A DNA stretch of 64,000 nt from positions 542,809 through 606,808 of the forward strand of contig JBEKNE010000001.1 of NCBI GenBank assembly GCA_049523135.1, written 5' to 3'. Origin of the DNA: Candidatus Microgenomates bacterium. GTDB taxonomy: Bacteria; Patescibacteriota; Microgenomatia; UBA8517. Each line of letters opens with the position of its first letter. Position 1 is the stretch's first letter. A program made the translations under genes and the position numbers. The notes below the pieces were generated by a model. It had not been told where the DNA came from. It ran no database searches and saw only the letters and a list, made by a program, of their open reading frames with translations. This document shows positions 10,067 through 24,204 of this stretch, piece by piece.

Positions 10067-10591
10067 TTAATAATTCCTCAAATAAATTTGCGTGGAGGCC
10101 GTAACACTGGCTCCCAAAATCCCCGAAGCGGATGCGTCCTGAACCGATAAATTAATTGTTACCAAGGGGGGATTATCCGAATCGGGAGGAGTACAAATAA
10201 ATGAACAGTCCGTAATTTTAATGACACTTGATGTTAATCTTGCAGAAGATGAAGCTACATAAGAATCGTCCGACCCCGTATTTACGCAGGAAAACGAAGC
10301 GGGATTACCGTTTTCATCCAGATAACTAATGGTATTTGATGCCGTTCCCGAGCAATCGGGAATAGAATTTGCATTCCTGATATTTCGTTCAATTACCCCC
10401 AAAGAATAATTAAGGTTTTCTCTTGCACGGATTAAAGATTCGCTTTTTTGTGTCCCTTGGAGAGTCAAAATAATGGAACCGGTAACTAAAATTCCAAGAA
10501 TGGCAAAAATAGTTATAACAACCATTATTTCGATAAGACTAAATCCTTTCACTAAAGTTTTTTTCATTTTTGTCTTAAATCGGACAAACAT
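10067..10591 (-). CDS. Prepilin-type N-terminal cleavage/methylation domain protein (pseudopilin)
   Basis: Class III signal sequence KG|FSLIEIMVVITIFAILG. Confidence 0.7.
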   Translation of the reverse strand: MFVRFKTKMKKTLVKGFSLIEIMVVITIFAILGILVTGSIILTLQGTQKSESLIRARENLNYSLGVIERNIRNANSIPDCSGTASNTISYLDENGNPASFSCVNTGSDDSYVASSSARLTSSVIKITDCSFICTPPDSDNPPLVTINLSVQDASASGILGASVTASTQIYLRNY

Positions 10592-11016
10592 GTCGCATTT
10601 GTAACTTCATGCAAACCTTGAGCATCCTGCCATGAAACAGTAACGTCTGCTTCTATAGAATTTATACCGCAGGAACCGGGAAAAGTTAAATTTCTTGTAA
10701 ATGGTGTTCCGTTAATAGTCGTGCCGAGAGTACAAGCAATTGAAAATGACCATATTTGATCATCCAAACTATTTAAACAATACGACCCCTTGGTTGTGTT
10801 TACAAAAAAATCAGCAGGATCGGCGTCCCTTTGTCCTCTCAGCCATTCATTGGCCTGTTGGGCATAAGTTGCCGCCAAGGATTCATTTTTGGAATAAGAC
10901 GAATTTCGGATTGAACTAGTAGTCAATGAAACTATGGCAACAATAATAAGTGCAGAAATGGCAATTGCCACAACAAGCTCAAATAAACTTTGACCGCTTT
11001 CAAATTTTGATTTCAT
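10564..11016 (-). CDS. Prepilin-like minor pilin (PilV/PilW-like)
   Basis: ESG|QSLFELVVAIAI, with Gly at -1 and Glu at +5. Confidence 0.6.
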   Translation of the reverse strand: MKSKFESGQSLFELVVAIAISALIIVAIVSLTTSSIRNSSYSKNESLAATYAQQANEWLRGQRDADPADFFVNTTKGSYCLNSLDDQIWSFSIACTLGTTINGTPFTRNLTFPGSCGINSIEADVTVSWQDAQGLHEVTNATCLSDLRQK

Positions 11017-11528
11017 TTAACGTCTCCTCCGGAACCGACAAGAATATTGGCCTGGCTTCCGGTTTGTATTTGAGTAACAGTAATTGTTGCCTGACTTCCG
11101 GCCGGAATATTTGTCCCCGAACCCAAACCTTTAAAAAAAATCGGATTTGTATCATTTGAAATGGAAATTTCGGGAGGTAGGGTAGCTGTTGGTTTTACGG
11201 GAACTGGTAAAACCGCACCATCGCAAACATAATATATAGAATAAGTTGTTGAAGAATCTATCGAAAAATTTATTCCATCAAGTGAATTACAACCGGATGA
11301 CGGTTTGGTACCTGATAATGCATCCTGTTGGGCAAGCCTTAAATCACCTTGAACCTGTTTTACTACTCCTGTCAGGGCCTGACGTCTGGAAAAATCCCTG
11401 AAACCAACATAACTCACAGAAAAAAGTATTCCTATGATTGTCAAACTAACCAAAAGTTCAATCAGGGTGTATCCATACACACTGACAAAATTCTTCCGAA
11501 TGGTTCTTATAAGTGTGTAACCTTTCAT
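11013..11528 (-). CDS. Prepilin-like pseudopilin
   Basis: VYG|YTLIELLVSLTIIGILF. Confidence 0.65.
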   Translation of the reverse strand: MKGYTLIRTIRKNFVSVYGYTLIELLVSLTIIGILFSVSYVGFRDFSRRQALTGVVKQVQGDLRLAQQDALSGTKPSSGCNSLDGINFSIDSSTTYSIYYVCDGAVLPVPVKPTATLPPEISISNDTNPIFFKGLGSGTNIPAGSQATITVTQIQTGSQANILVGSGGDVK

Positions 11529-11980
11529 GGATTTATAACCTCATAATTACATGTACTGCAACTCCCGCAGTCTCCAGTGGGAATAGGTGATGCTGGAGGC
11601 TGTTCCAGTGTTGCACACAGCGTATATTTGTTATAAGTAACGCCATCCGACGCCAAAACCGGATAATATGGATAACTATCGGAAGTGACAGGATCGGTGG
11701 GAACATGGCTTATATAAGTATTTTTCGTCGAACAAGCAGATGATGGATCATCGACAGTCCCTACTAATTGGCTAGATAGAGCTGCAGGATAAGAATCACA
11801 ATCGGCCTTGTAAATTTCAAGTCCGCTTCTGATCTCTTCAAGATCCGATTTCCTTCTGGCATCACGTGCCGACTGGCGAGCTCCCTGAAGGCCAAAAACA
11901 GAAAGAGCAAGCAGGATTCCAATGATGGAAATAACAACCAAAAGTTCAATTAGTGTAAATCCCTTCTTCACAAAATTCAT
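11525..11980 (-). CDS. Type IV pilin/pseudopilin
   Basis: MNFVKKG|FTLIELLVVISIIGIL. Confidence 0.75.
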   Translation of the reverse strand: MNFVKKGFTLIELLVVISIIGILLALSVFGLQGARQSARDARRKSDLEEIRSGLEIYKADCDSYPAALSSQLVGTVDDPSSACSTKNTYISHVPTDPVTSDSYPYYPVLASDGVTYNKYTLCATLEQPPASPIPTGDCGSCSTCNYEVINP

Positions 11981-11983
11981 ATA

Positions 11984-12514
11984 TTATTGTGTTAATCCTG
12001 CTGGACAAGCAGCATCATCAAAGGATGGTGTTTCTGACGAAACAAGTTTGCCCGACTGACCTGTTGAACATACAATCCAATACGTATTTGTCGCACTTTC
12101 AAGTTTAGCCCAAAGGATATACTCTGTAGCTAAAGCGTTTGATTGATAATGATATTGAAGATAAGAATTGTCGTTTGCATATTTCGGATCTTCGGGACAA
12201 TCTGAAGTGTTGGTCAAAAAACCTGAACTAACTAGAGCAGAGCATAAACCACTCGTAATAGTAGAGGCTGCAGAAGGAAAATAAAGACCGTTATTCTTAT
12301 TTGCATAGGATTCAAGTGCATTTCTATATTGAGAAAGGTCAGATTTTCTTTGAGTATCCCTCGCTTGTTTTTGAGCCGAAACAAAAGAAACCGTAAACAA
12401 CGCCACCAAAATCCCGATAATGGAAATAACAACAAGAAGTTCAATTAGTGTAAATCCCTTTATATTTTTTTTCATTGTTGACTTACTTGAAACATCCAAC
12501 CGGTAGAACACCAC
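11984..12514 (-). CDS. Type IV pilin/pseudopilin (start probably at the internal MKKNIKG)
   Basis: KG|FTLIELLVVISIIGIL. Confidence 0.75.
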   Translation of the reverse strand: MVFYRLDVSSKSTMKKNIKGFTLIELLVVISIIGILVALFTVSFVSAQKQARDTQRKSDLSQYRNALESYANKNNGLYFPSAASTITSGLCSALVSSGFLTNTSDCPEDPKYANDNSYLQYHYQSNALATEYILWAKLESATNTYWIVCSTGQSGKLVSSETPSFDDAACPAGLTQ

Positions 12515-12999
12515 GTTGTATCACTTGTAGCAATTCCACTAGTATCACTTTGGTTTTCCAGACATGCGGAAAGAGTGTAAGAATCAGTATCACTTGGGTC
12601 TGAAGCATTACCCATTACATATTTATAATTTTGAGTTGCAGAGGTCGGATCTTGAGACATAGGATCTTTCGGAAGAGTTTGCATATAAATAGTTGATCCG
12701 ATATTCCACTCGGTACCCCAAGTGCAAATAACAACTGTTCCGCCTCCGTTGGGATCACAAGCCACCATTTGATTACTACTGCTAGATGGATATCTTCCTT
12801 TGTCATTGTAATAAAGCCTGAGTGCGGTCTGAATATTTTTAAGATCTGATTTTCTTTCCACATCACGCGCGCGTGACCTCGCTGAATTTAAATTTGCCGC
12901 AACCAGCGTAGCCAAAATTCCTATTATGGAAATAACAACAAGAAGTTCGATAAGCGTAAATCCGGATTTTTTATATGATGATAGATTATGGGCAGACAT
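12472..12999 (-). CDS. Type IV pilin/pseudopilin
   Basis: KKSG|FTLIELLVVISIIGILA. Confidence 0.75.
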   Translation of the reverse strand: MSAHNLSSYKKSGFTLIELLVVISIIGILATLVAANLNSARSRARDVERKSDLKNIQTALRLYYNDKGRYPSSSSNQMVACDPNGGGTVVICTWGTEWNIGSTIYMQTLPKDPMSQDPTSATQNYKYVMGNASDPSDTDSYTLSACLENQSDTSGIATSDTTWCSTGWMFQVSQQ

Positions 13000-13024
13000 A
13001 TTCTAATACTTATATTACTACATA

Positions 13025-13528
13025 CTATTGCGGTGGGGTAGTATTTGGGCTTGTTATTGCAAAATTACAGAGAGTATTTGTACCACAAGAATAACTTGTT
13101 GAAATTAATTCCGGATCTTGAGTATTTTCAAGATGGGCATAAAGCTGAAAACCCTGACCCGATAAAACAGTTGTATAAAAATAGCTATAAGAATATGTGG
13201 GATCTTTAGGTAAAGTCTTGAAATATATGGTCTTACCGTCAGTAAAATCGCCAGTTCCCCAAGAACAACTGCCGCCGGGGGAAGGACAACCGAGAATTTT
13301 ACCAGCTAATGCCGGAGGATAACTGCCGTAATCCGAATAATAAAGTTCGAGTGCACTGGAAATTTGTCCCAGATCGGACTTTCTTTCCGTATCCCTTCCC
13401 CTCATTTGAGCACTGGTAAATGTTTCCAGACCGATAGTAGCCAAGATCCCCAAAATGGCTATAACCACAAGGAGTTCAACCAACGTAAATCCCTTATTTT
13501 CCATTTTGTTTCTGTAATAAGTCATCAT
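13025..13528 (-). CDS. Type IV pilin/pseudopilin
   Basis: NKG|FTLVELLVVIAILGILA. Confidence 0.75.
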   Translation of the reverse strand: MMTYYRNKMENKGFTLVELLVVIAILGILATIGLETFTSAQMRGRDTERKSDLGQISSALELYYSDYGSYPPALAGKILGCPSPGGSCSWGTGDFTDGKTIYFKTLPKDPTYSYSYFYTTVLSGQGFQLYAHLENTQDPELISTSYSCGTNTLCNFAITSPNTTPPQ

Positions 13529-14132
13529 AAGCCTTTATTGAAATATTTATCGGCACGTTGTAGGAACGTCCGATATTGCAAATTCTGGTTCCGCAGTAAA
13601 GACCCCTGGCAATTATGCCCGGGTCGATTTCAGCTTCATCTTTAGCTTCCATTGACGCATAAATTTGGTACCTGTTCCCGTCAGTAAGATATAAATACTT
13701 TACACCCTTTTTATAATCCGGATCTTGAGGAAGCCTTTGCATATAAACTTCGCCTGTAATAAGGTTTGTGAATGCATCCGTTCCCCATTCGCAGGGGATT
13801 GGTGTATAGTCCCACCCGCCGGATTTATTTTTAATCGGCTTAGCTCCCGGTTTAAGACAATCAATAATGCGTCCGTCAGGTGTAGCCGCCGGCAAAGCAT
13901 TATTAAACTCTGCAAGATATTGATCAAACGCGTGATTAAGAGCTCCCATATCGTCTCTTCTTACCTGATCGCGGGCTTTTTCTAAACTAATAATAAAATT
14001 TGGGGTGGCTACTGCCGCCAAAACCAAAAAAATTACAATGAGTGAAATTATTTCGGGTTTGGTAAAAAATTTCATAATAATTAATGCACGGCAATACATT
14101 GATTTCCGGAAACGCCGCATACGCCATAACAT
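13494..14132 (-). CDS. Pilin-like protein with a degenerate leader (no G-FTLxE)
   Basis: MKFFTKPEIISLIVIFLVLAAVATPNF gives a hydrophobic N-helix and a pilin-like size and position, but the canonical cleavage motif is absent. Confidence 0.4.
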   Translation of the reverse strand: MLWRMRRFRKSMYCRALIIMKFFTKPEIISLIVIFLVLAAVATPNFIISLEKARDQVRRDDMGALNHAFDQYLAEFNNALPAATPDGRIIDCLKPGAKPIKNKSGGWDYTPIPCEWGTDAFTNLITGEVYMQRLPQDPDYKKGVKYLYLTDGNRYQIYASMEAKDEAEIDPGIIARGLYCGTRICNIGRSYNVPINISIKAYDDLLQKQNGK

Positions 14133-14737
14133 GTCGGGTTCTGGTAGTTAGGATCGCATTCAGGCCCCGGTATTGAGCTGTCCCATCCGATCGGTTGGCA
14201 ACTCCCGTTTATACAACCATAAAAATTCGAACCACCACTATTGCCACCGCTTGTACCTGTCGGGGTTGTCGTCTGAGTTATACCGGCAATATCAATAGGA
14301 GCATTTGGTGAACCTTGGACATAATTAAAGGCTTTATTAGGACCAATATTGGGAATTACCGACCCGTCTTGTGTATTTTGTAAAATAGAATAAATTTTGT
14401 ACCAACCCGGGCAATCAGGATTAGATGTGTCGTAAATATAAACAAACGGTACGTTCTTGACAGGATCACAAGGAATGTTATTCAAATAGGGATATATCTC
14501 ACTTGAACCACTATTCGCTCCGCAATAATCAATATCCTTAGGATAACAGTTGTGGTCCTTTTCATATTCTTCAACTGCAACCTGAATTCTATTGACATCT
14601 GCCTTTCTTTTTGCGTCATTTCCTTTAAAAATTTGTCCTGTGAAATAGGCGATAGTTATAGCCGACAAAATCGCAAGTAAAGCAACAACAATAAGAAGTT
14701 CAACTAATGTGAATCCAGAAAAGTATTTTTTCACCAT
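14081..14737 (-). CDS. Type IV pilin/pseudopilin
   Basis: YFSG|FTLVELLIVVALLAIL. Confidence 0.75.
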   Translation of the reverse strand: MVKKYFSGFTLVELLIVVALLAILSAITIAYFTGQIFKGNDAKRKADVNRIQVAVEEYEKDHNCYPKDIDYCGANSGSSEIYPYLNNIPCDPVKNVPFVYIYDTSNPDCPGWYKIYSILQNTQDGSVIPNIGPNKAFNYVQGSPNAPIDIAGITQTTTPTGTSGGNSGGSNFYGCINGSCQPIGWDSSIPGPECDPNYQNPTCYGVCGVSGNQCIAVH

Positions 14738-15452
14738 AAATTAAAGCTAACGGAATTGCCAAAACTAAAAATGGTCCAAAAGCAATTTGACTTTTAAATC
14801 CTGCTTTTCTACCTAAAATAAGTATGCTTCCCACGATTGCACCTGTCAAGAAAGCTAAAAATAACCAAACCAAAAACAGTCGCGGGCCAACAATTAAACC
14901 CCCTAAGACCGCCAACTTAACATCTCCCAATCCCATTCCCCGGCCTTTAGTAACTAAATGGATAATTAAAAGTAAAACTGAAGCGGCAAGCCCAGTAAAA
15001 AGATTCGGGAAAAGAGAACTTCCATTAACAAAAATATAATAAAAAAATGCTAGTCCGATTCCACAAAACACGAATAAGTCGGGAATAATTTTTCCCTCCA
15101 AATCAATTACCAAAATCGAAATTAGTATCAAAAAAAGAATTAAGGAATAAATAAATTGAAAATAGTACGAAGAAAAATTTAAAAAAATAATCAAAAATCC
15201 TAAACCGGTGGAAAACTCAATCAGGGGATAGCGGAAAGAAATTTTTTTCCTGCAGTTTCTGCATTTTCCACCCAAAAACAAAAATGAGAGTAGGGGGATA
15301 TTGTCGTACCAAGCGATTTGTCTTTTGCAGTTCGGGCAAAAACTCCGACCTTTGGCAATAGAAATTTGTCTAGGATAACGCCAAGTTAAGGCCGCAACAA
15401 AAGATCCAAAAACTAAACCGAGAATAAAAATAAGAATATGAGGAAGAATCAT
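14700..15452 (-). CDS. pilD: Prepilin peptidase (A24 family)
   Basis: Polytopic protein; CPNCKRQIAWYDNIPLLSFLFLGGKCRNC is a tetra-Cys zinc motif; DLEGKIIPD is a catalytic Asp region. Confidence 0.8.
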   Translation of the reverse strand: MILPHILIFILGLVFGSFVAALTWRYPRQISIAKGRSFCPNCKRQIAWYDNIPLLSFLFLGGKCRNCRKKISFRYPLIEFSTGLGFLIIFLNFSSYYFQFIYSLILFLILISILVIDLEGKIIPDLFVFCGIGLAFFYYIFVNGSSLFPNLFTGLAASVLLLIIHLVTKGRGMGLGDVKLAVLGGLIVGPRLFLVWLFLAFLTGAIVGSILILGRKAGFKSQIAFGPFLVLAIPLALIYGEKILFWIHIS

Positions 15453-16121
15453 TTACTCCGGAACACACTCGGCACAGGTTGGTAGTGATCCAGCAGCAGT
15501 AGTCCAACCTGTAGCACCAGGAGTACCACAATTTTCGGTATAAACCGGAGTACCGGTTGCACTAAATCCGCCGTTAACATTAGTCATTTTGCACGGACCT
15601 GTAGCACTTCCTGATGTACAACTATTTATTAATGTTTGTCGGTTTGCACTCGACTTCGGTACCCAGCATACATATACTCCAGAAGAAGCACCCGAAGCTT
15701 TGCCAATAAAAAGCTTGTCACTTACTTGTGTAGCACCTATCCATGACTTACTTAAAAAGGAAGTTTCAAGTTCAAAAGAAGAAATCAAAGGAGCGGGTGA
15801 AGCGCTTGTATTCTGACATGAAGCACCTGTAGCCGCACACAAACCAACAGTTACATCGTCAGCACTAATCCATCCAAATGGGCTATCACTGGTTAATGCT
15901 GGATTTGATGTAACCCAGGGAAAAGCAGTTGTGCTAGCGTAATATCTCTGAATTGCAGAAACCAACTCACTCGCGTCATTCTTGTAGCCGGCGTCCCTTG
16001 CTTTATTTGCCTGCTCAATAGGATTAATGGCGGCAATGACCATCGTCGCAATGACACCAAGAAGTGCAATAACAATTAGAAGTTCTACAAGTGTAAATCC
16101 TTTAGACAGAATCCTTTTCAT
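15453..16121 (-). CDS. pilA: Type IV pilin (candidate major pilin PilA)
   Basis: MKRILSKG|FTLVELLIVIALLGVIA; located directly between pilC and pilD. Confidence 0.7.
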   Translation of the reverse strand: MKRILSKGFTLVELLIVIALLGVIATMVIAAINPIEQANKARDAGYKNDASELVSAIQRYYASTTAFPWVTSNPALTSDSPFGWISADDVTVGLCAATGASCQNTSASPAPLISSFELETSFLSKSWIGATQVSDKLFIGKASGASSGVYVCWVPKSSANRQTLINSCTSGSATGPCKMTNVNGGFSATGTPVYTENCGTPGATGWTTAAGSLPTCAECVPE

Positions 16122-16142
16122 TCCTTTATTAAGTATTAACCC

Positions 16143-17348
16143 TTAAATTTGACTTGTCAAGTTGTATATAGGGAGTATCACAGCAATAACCAAAAATCCG
16201 ACTCCTAGTCCCAAAATTACCATAACGATTGGTTCTATAGCGGCGGTCAAACCTTTAACTTCTTCGTCACTTTGAACTTCAAAAATATGACTGATCTTGG
16301 TTAAGACATCTTCCATTTTTCCCGTTTCTTCTCCGACCGCAACCATCTGGCTCAAGATAAAAGGAAAGGCTTCGGGATGGCGTGCAAAAGCAAAAGCCAT
16401 AGGAAATCCCTTTTCAACCTGTGCTGAAACATCTTTCAGAGCATCCGAAACTACAGTGTTGCTCACAACCTCTGAAGTAATATTTAAGGCTTCAAGAATG
16501 GGAACTCCCGCCCCAACCATTAAAGAAAGAGTGCGGGTAAGATCGGTCAAAACTATCTGGCGCTGTAAATTGCCAAAAACAGGAATTTTAAAAATAAGTT
16601 CATCGATCTTTCTCCTTCCGGCAGGGGTTGCCTTATACAAACGGTATCCATAAAGTCCACCGACGATCAGAACAATCATCAAAAACCAGAAATGAATAAA
16701 AAAATTCGAAATGCCAATCAAAATTAATGTCGGTAGAGGCAGAGTAGCGTTAAAATCCGCATAAAGAGAAAGAAGTTTAGGAATAACAAAAATCATCATT
16801 ATGAAAGTCACAATTACCATTCCGGTAATTATTATTACCGGATAAATAAGAGCTCCCTTAACTTTACTGCCAAACTCCTGCTGTTTTTCCAAACTGTCCG
16901 CAAGTTTTATAAGTACAGCATCCAGTACCCCTCCGACTTCTCCCGATTTCACAAGAGCAATGTAAGTTCTGCTAAAAACTTTCGGGTGTCTTCCCAAAGC
17001 ATTTGAAAAAGATTCACCGGCTTCTATATCCGCCAAAAGCTGGGCTACAATTTTTTGCATTGAACCCTTAGACTGAGAACGCAAAACCAAAAGACCTTCG
17101 GTGATGGGAAGGCCTGCAGTAATCATTGTAGAAAGCTGACGGGTAAAAGTGGATACATCGGAAGAAGTAATTCTATCCTGAAATCTTCTGATAAGCGCAA
17201 AGGGGGAGTCGATTTTGGCAGCAAGTGAAATCACATAATAACCGCGACTTTTTACAAGTCTGGCAGCTTCATTTATATTTATTGCCTCGACTTCGCCCTT
17301 AACAAGCTTTCCGTTTTTATCCTTGGCCTTGTAGTTAAATCGTTTCAT
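16143..17348 (-). CDS. pilC: Type IV pilus assembly platform protein PilC (GspF family)
   Basis: 401 aa with two T2SSF repeats and three TM segments. Confidence 0.8.
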   Translation of the reverse strand: MKRFNYKAKDKNGKLVKGEVEAININEAARLVKSRGYYVISLAAKIDSPFALIRRFQDRITSSDVSTFTRQLSTMITAGLPITEGLLVLRSQSKGSMQKIVAQLLADIEAGESFSNALGRHPKVFSRTYIALVKSGEVGGVLDAVLIKLADSLEKQQEFGSKVKGALIYPVIIITGMVIVTFIMMIFVIPKLLSLYADFNATLPLPTLILIGISNFFIHFWFLMIVLIVGGLYGYRLYKATPAGRRKIDELIFKIPVFGNLQRQIVLTDLTRTLSLMVGAGVPILEALNITSEVVSNTVVSDALKDVSAQVEKGFPMAFAFARHPEAFPFILSQMVAVGEETGKMEDVLTKISHIFEVQSDEEVKGLTAAIEPIVMVILGLGVGFLVIAVILPIYNLTSQI

Positions 17349-17371
17349 TCAATTATCTTTTTATAGAAGGT

Positions 17372-18430
17372 TTAGGTACTCCTGACCAATCTCATAAGCT
17401 CTTCCGGACGAAGTGACCAACTTTGTGCCATTTCTAATGTAACAATTCCTTTTTTGACCAAATCCGCCAGAGATTTCTCCAAAGTACTCATTCCCGCCTC
17501 CTGAGAAGTTTCCAGAGTGCTTTCGATCTGATGAGTTTTACCGTCCCTGATTGCCGTTTTAATTGCAGTCGTACCCAGCATTACCTCATAAGCCACTGCC
17601 CGTCCTTTGGTGGTGGTTTGAATCAGTCTTTGCGAAAATACAGCTTCAAGAACATTGGAAAGTTGAAGCTGTACCTGCTTTTGCTGTTCATCGGGGAAGA
17701 CGTCAACAATTCTGTCAACCGACTGCGCGGCAGAATTTGTATGCAAAGTTGCAAACACAAGATGTCCCGTTTCCGCAACTGTCAGAGCGGCCGCAATTGT
17801 TTCATAATCCCGCATTTCACCAACCAGTACAACATCGGGGTCTTCCCTAAGAACGCTCCTTAGAGCAATTTCCCAAGAATGAGTATCGTTGTGCATTTCC
17901 CTTTGAGAAATAATAGATTTAATAGGACTAAAGACAAACTCTACAGGATCCTCAATTGTAACTATGTGGGCGGCTCTATTTTTATTAATCTCCTGAAGCA
18001 TTGCTGCCAAGGTAGTTGACTTTCCATGGCCGGTTGGACCCGTGATAAGAACCAAACCCTGTTTAAGAACCGTAAAAGAATGGAGAATGGGAGGAAGACC
18101 CAACGATTCTATCGAAGGTATCTCCAAAGGAATCAACCTGAAAGCTGCTGCAGAGGAACCTTTTTGTGTATAAGCATTAACCCGGAATCTTCCTTTCTCG
18201 GAAAAGGGAAATGAAAAATCCAATTCCCTGTTCACACTAAGTCGTTCCATTTGTTCACTTGTCAGAATTTCTTTAAGAAGTTCCGAGATTATATCCGGAG
18301 TCAAAACTCCGGTTCCGGGGAGGGGAATAAGCTCTCCGTCAATTCTAAGCGTGGGGGGAATACCGGTGATAAGATGCAAATCACTGGCTTTAGCGTCAAC
18401 CACTCCTTGTAACAATTGTTTTATATCCAT
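17372..18430 (-). CDS. pilT: Twitching motility ATPase PilT
   Basis: Walker A GPTGHGKSTTLAAM; 352 aa, typical PilT size. Confidence 0.8.
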   Translation of the reverse strand: MDIKQLLQGVVDAKASDLHLITGIPPTLRIDGELIPLPGTGVLTPDIISELLKEILTSEQMERLSVNRELDFSFPFSEKGRFRVNAYTQKGSSAAAFRLIPLEIPSIESLGLPPILHSFTVLKQGLVLITGPTGHGKSTTLAAMLQEINKNRAAHIVTIEDPVEFVFSPIKSIISQREMHNDTHSWEIALRSVLREDPDVVLVGEMRDYETIAAALTVAETGHLVFATLHTNSAAQSVDRIVDVFPDEQQKQVQLQLSNVLEAVFSQRLIQTTTKGRAVAYEVMLGTTAIKTAIRDGKTHQIESTLETSQEAGMSTLEKSLADLVKKGIVTLEMAQSWSLRPEELMRLVRST

Positions 18431-18440
18431 AATTTTTTAG

Positions 18441-20177
18441 TTAGTCCTGAGCAACTCTCAGTACCTCTTCCACAGTAGTTATTCCTTCAACCGCTTTCAA
18501 GAATCCGTCTTGCTCTAGACTAATCATTCCTTCATCCGTAGCCTCTTTTTCAATCGCGGCTGCGGAAGAATGCTCCAAAATAAGTTTACCGATCTTCTCC
18601 GTAATGGGAATAACTTCAAAAATACCGATTCTGCCATAATAACCGGAGTTGCCACAATCCGGATCTCCTTTACCTCTGTAAAGTTTTACGTCCCCCTGGG
18701 GCTGCCAAAGATTTCCCAACTCCACCTTTATGCTTTCGACAACTTTCGGATCAGGGGTATAAGCTTCCTTACAATCATCGTGAATCTTTCTGACAACCCT
18801 CTGGGCAACAATGCAGGTCATAGATGAAGCAAGAAGATAAGGTTCTGCTCCCATATCAAGAAGCCTCGGAAGAGCTCCCGAGGCATCATTTGTATGCAAT
18901 GTCGAAAAAACAAGATGTCCGGTAAGTGCCGCCTGTACGGCCAAATCAGCAGTTTCGCGGTCACGAATTTCCCCGACAAGAATAATATTCGGGTCCTGCC
19001 GCAAGAATGCCCTAAGTCCGTCCGCAAAAGTAAGTCCCACGGCAGGGTTAATCTGCACCTGATTAACCCCCGGGATTCTATATTCGATAGGATCTTCCAA
19101 AGTAACAATGTTAACTTTAGCCGTATTAAGCTTAGAAATAATTGAATACAAAGTGGTTGTTTTACCGCTTCCGGTTGGGCCGCAGATAAGAATTATTCCG
19201 TGAGGTCTTAAAATTGCATCCTGAAGATTTTTAAGGCCGCGTCCGCGAAGTCCAAGTTCGGGTAGGTCCGGAACTCCGCCGCTTTTCTTAAGTAACCTCA
19301 TGACAATTTTTTCTCCCCAAGTTGTCGGCAAGGAGCTAATACGAAGATCAACTTCCTCATCGCTTCCTTTAAAATTAAAGCGGCCGTCCTGAGGAATTCT
19401 TTTTTCATCAATTTTCATTCCGCTTAAAATTTTAATTCTGGAAACAAGGGAATCGTGAAGCTCCTTGGGAATCGAAAGCTTTTCCTGCAAAATTCCGTCG
19501 ATGCGGTAACGCACGCGGGTCGACTGCTCTTCAGGCTCTATGTGGACATCGCTGGCCCTACTTTTAATAGCAAAGTCCAAAATTTGCGAAACTATCTGGG
19601 CAATTTTTTCCTCGCGGATAAATCCTCCCTTTCCATTCTCAAGAGTTGTAACTTCCTGTTTTTCGGGTGCAACATCTTTCAAGGCCGCCGTAACTTCCTG
19701 CGTTAACGAAGTTGTATAACGGGTTTGAACAAAATCATCAATCTGGGACGGAAGCGCAGCACAGGGCTTTACATGAAAGCCTGTTTTTTGTTCAATAAAT
19801 TCAATTGCGGAAAGGTCCAGGGGGTCAGCCATTGCCAGTACAATACTTTTGTCTTTTATATCTATGCTTATCGGAAAGACGCGGAAACGGGTGGCAACCT
19901 CGGAAGGAAGGGAAGATAAAGCGGCCGGGGCTACCGGAATGGAACTTAAATCAACATAAGGAATATTGTAAAGTTGGGCTCTTGCCTGAACCAGCTTGGC
20001 TTCAGGAACCATCGCACTTTTTCTGATTATGTCTTCCTGTGTAGAACCACTTTGAATTTCCGCAAGTTTTATTTGTTCTGCACGCTTGGCATCGAGAGCA
20101 CCGAGGGAAACCAAAACATCGGCTAAAGTGGTTCCGGTACCATTTGCATTGGGTTGAACAGGTTGGGTAGTGGGCAT
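18441..20177 (-). CDS. pilB: Type IV pilus assembly ATPase PilB (GspE family)
   Basis: GPTGSGKTTTLYS; N-terminal GSPII domain; 578 aa. Confidence 0.85.
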   Translation of the reverse strand: MPTTQPVQPNANGTGTTLADVLVSLGALDAKRAEQIKLAEIQSGSTQEDIIRKSAMVPEAKLVQARAQLYNIPYVDLSSIPVAPAALSSLPSEVATRFRVFPISIDIKDKSIVLAMADPLDLSAIEFIEQKTGFHVKPCAALPSQIDDFVQTRYTTSLTQEVTAALKDVAPEKQEVTTLENGKGGFIREEKIAQIVSQILDFAIKSRASDVHIEPEEQSTRVRYRIDGILQEKLSIPKELHDSLVSRIKILSGMKIDEKRIPQDGRFNFKGSDEEVDLRISSLPTTWGEKIVMRLLKKSGGVPDLPELGLRGRGLKNLQDAILRPHGIILICGPTGSGKTTTLYSIISKLNTAKVNIVTLEDPIEYRIPGVNQVQINPAVGLTFADGLRAFLRQDPNIILVGEIRDRETADLAVQAALTGHLVFSTLHTNDASGALPRLLDMGAEPYLLASSMTCIVAQRVVRKIHDDCKEAYTPDPKVVESIKVELGNLWQPQGDVKLYRGKGDPDCGNSGYYGRIGIFEVIPITEKIGKLILEHSSAAAIEKEATDEGMISLEQDGFLKAVEGITTVEEVLRVAQD

Positions 20178-20265
20178 ATCAATCCATTATGCCGAATTTT
20201 ATTGTCTCTGACAAGTCTTAGGCTTGACTTAGTGATTTTAAAATGTAAATTGATAATTACTTAAT

Positions 20266-24140
<3,875 letters not shown>

Positions 24141-24204
24141 TAAATAAGGTTCTTAACCTCACAACAGAGACACAATCTCAAAAAACGATTTTAACTTAGA
24201 AAAA

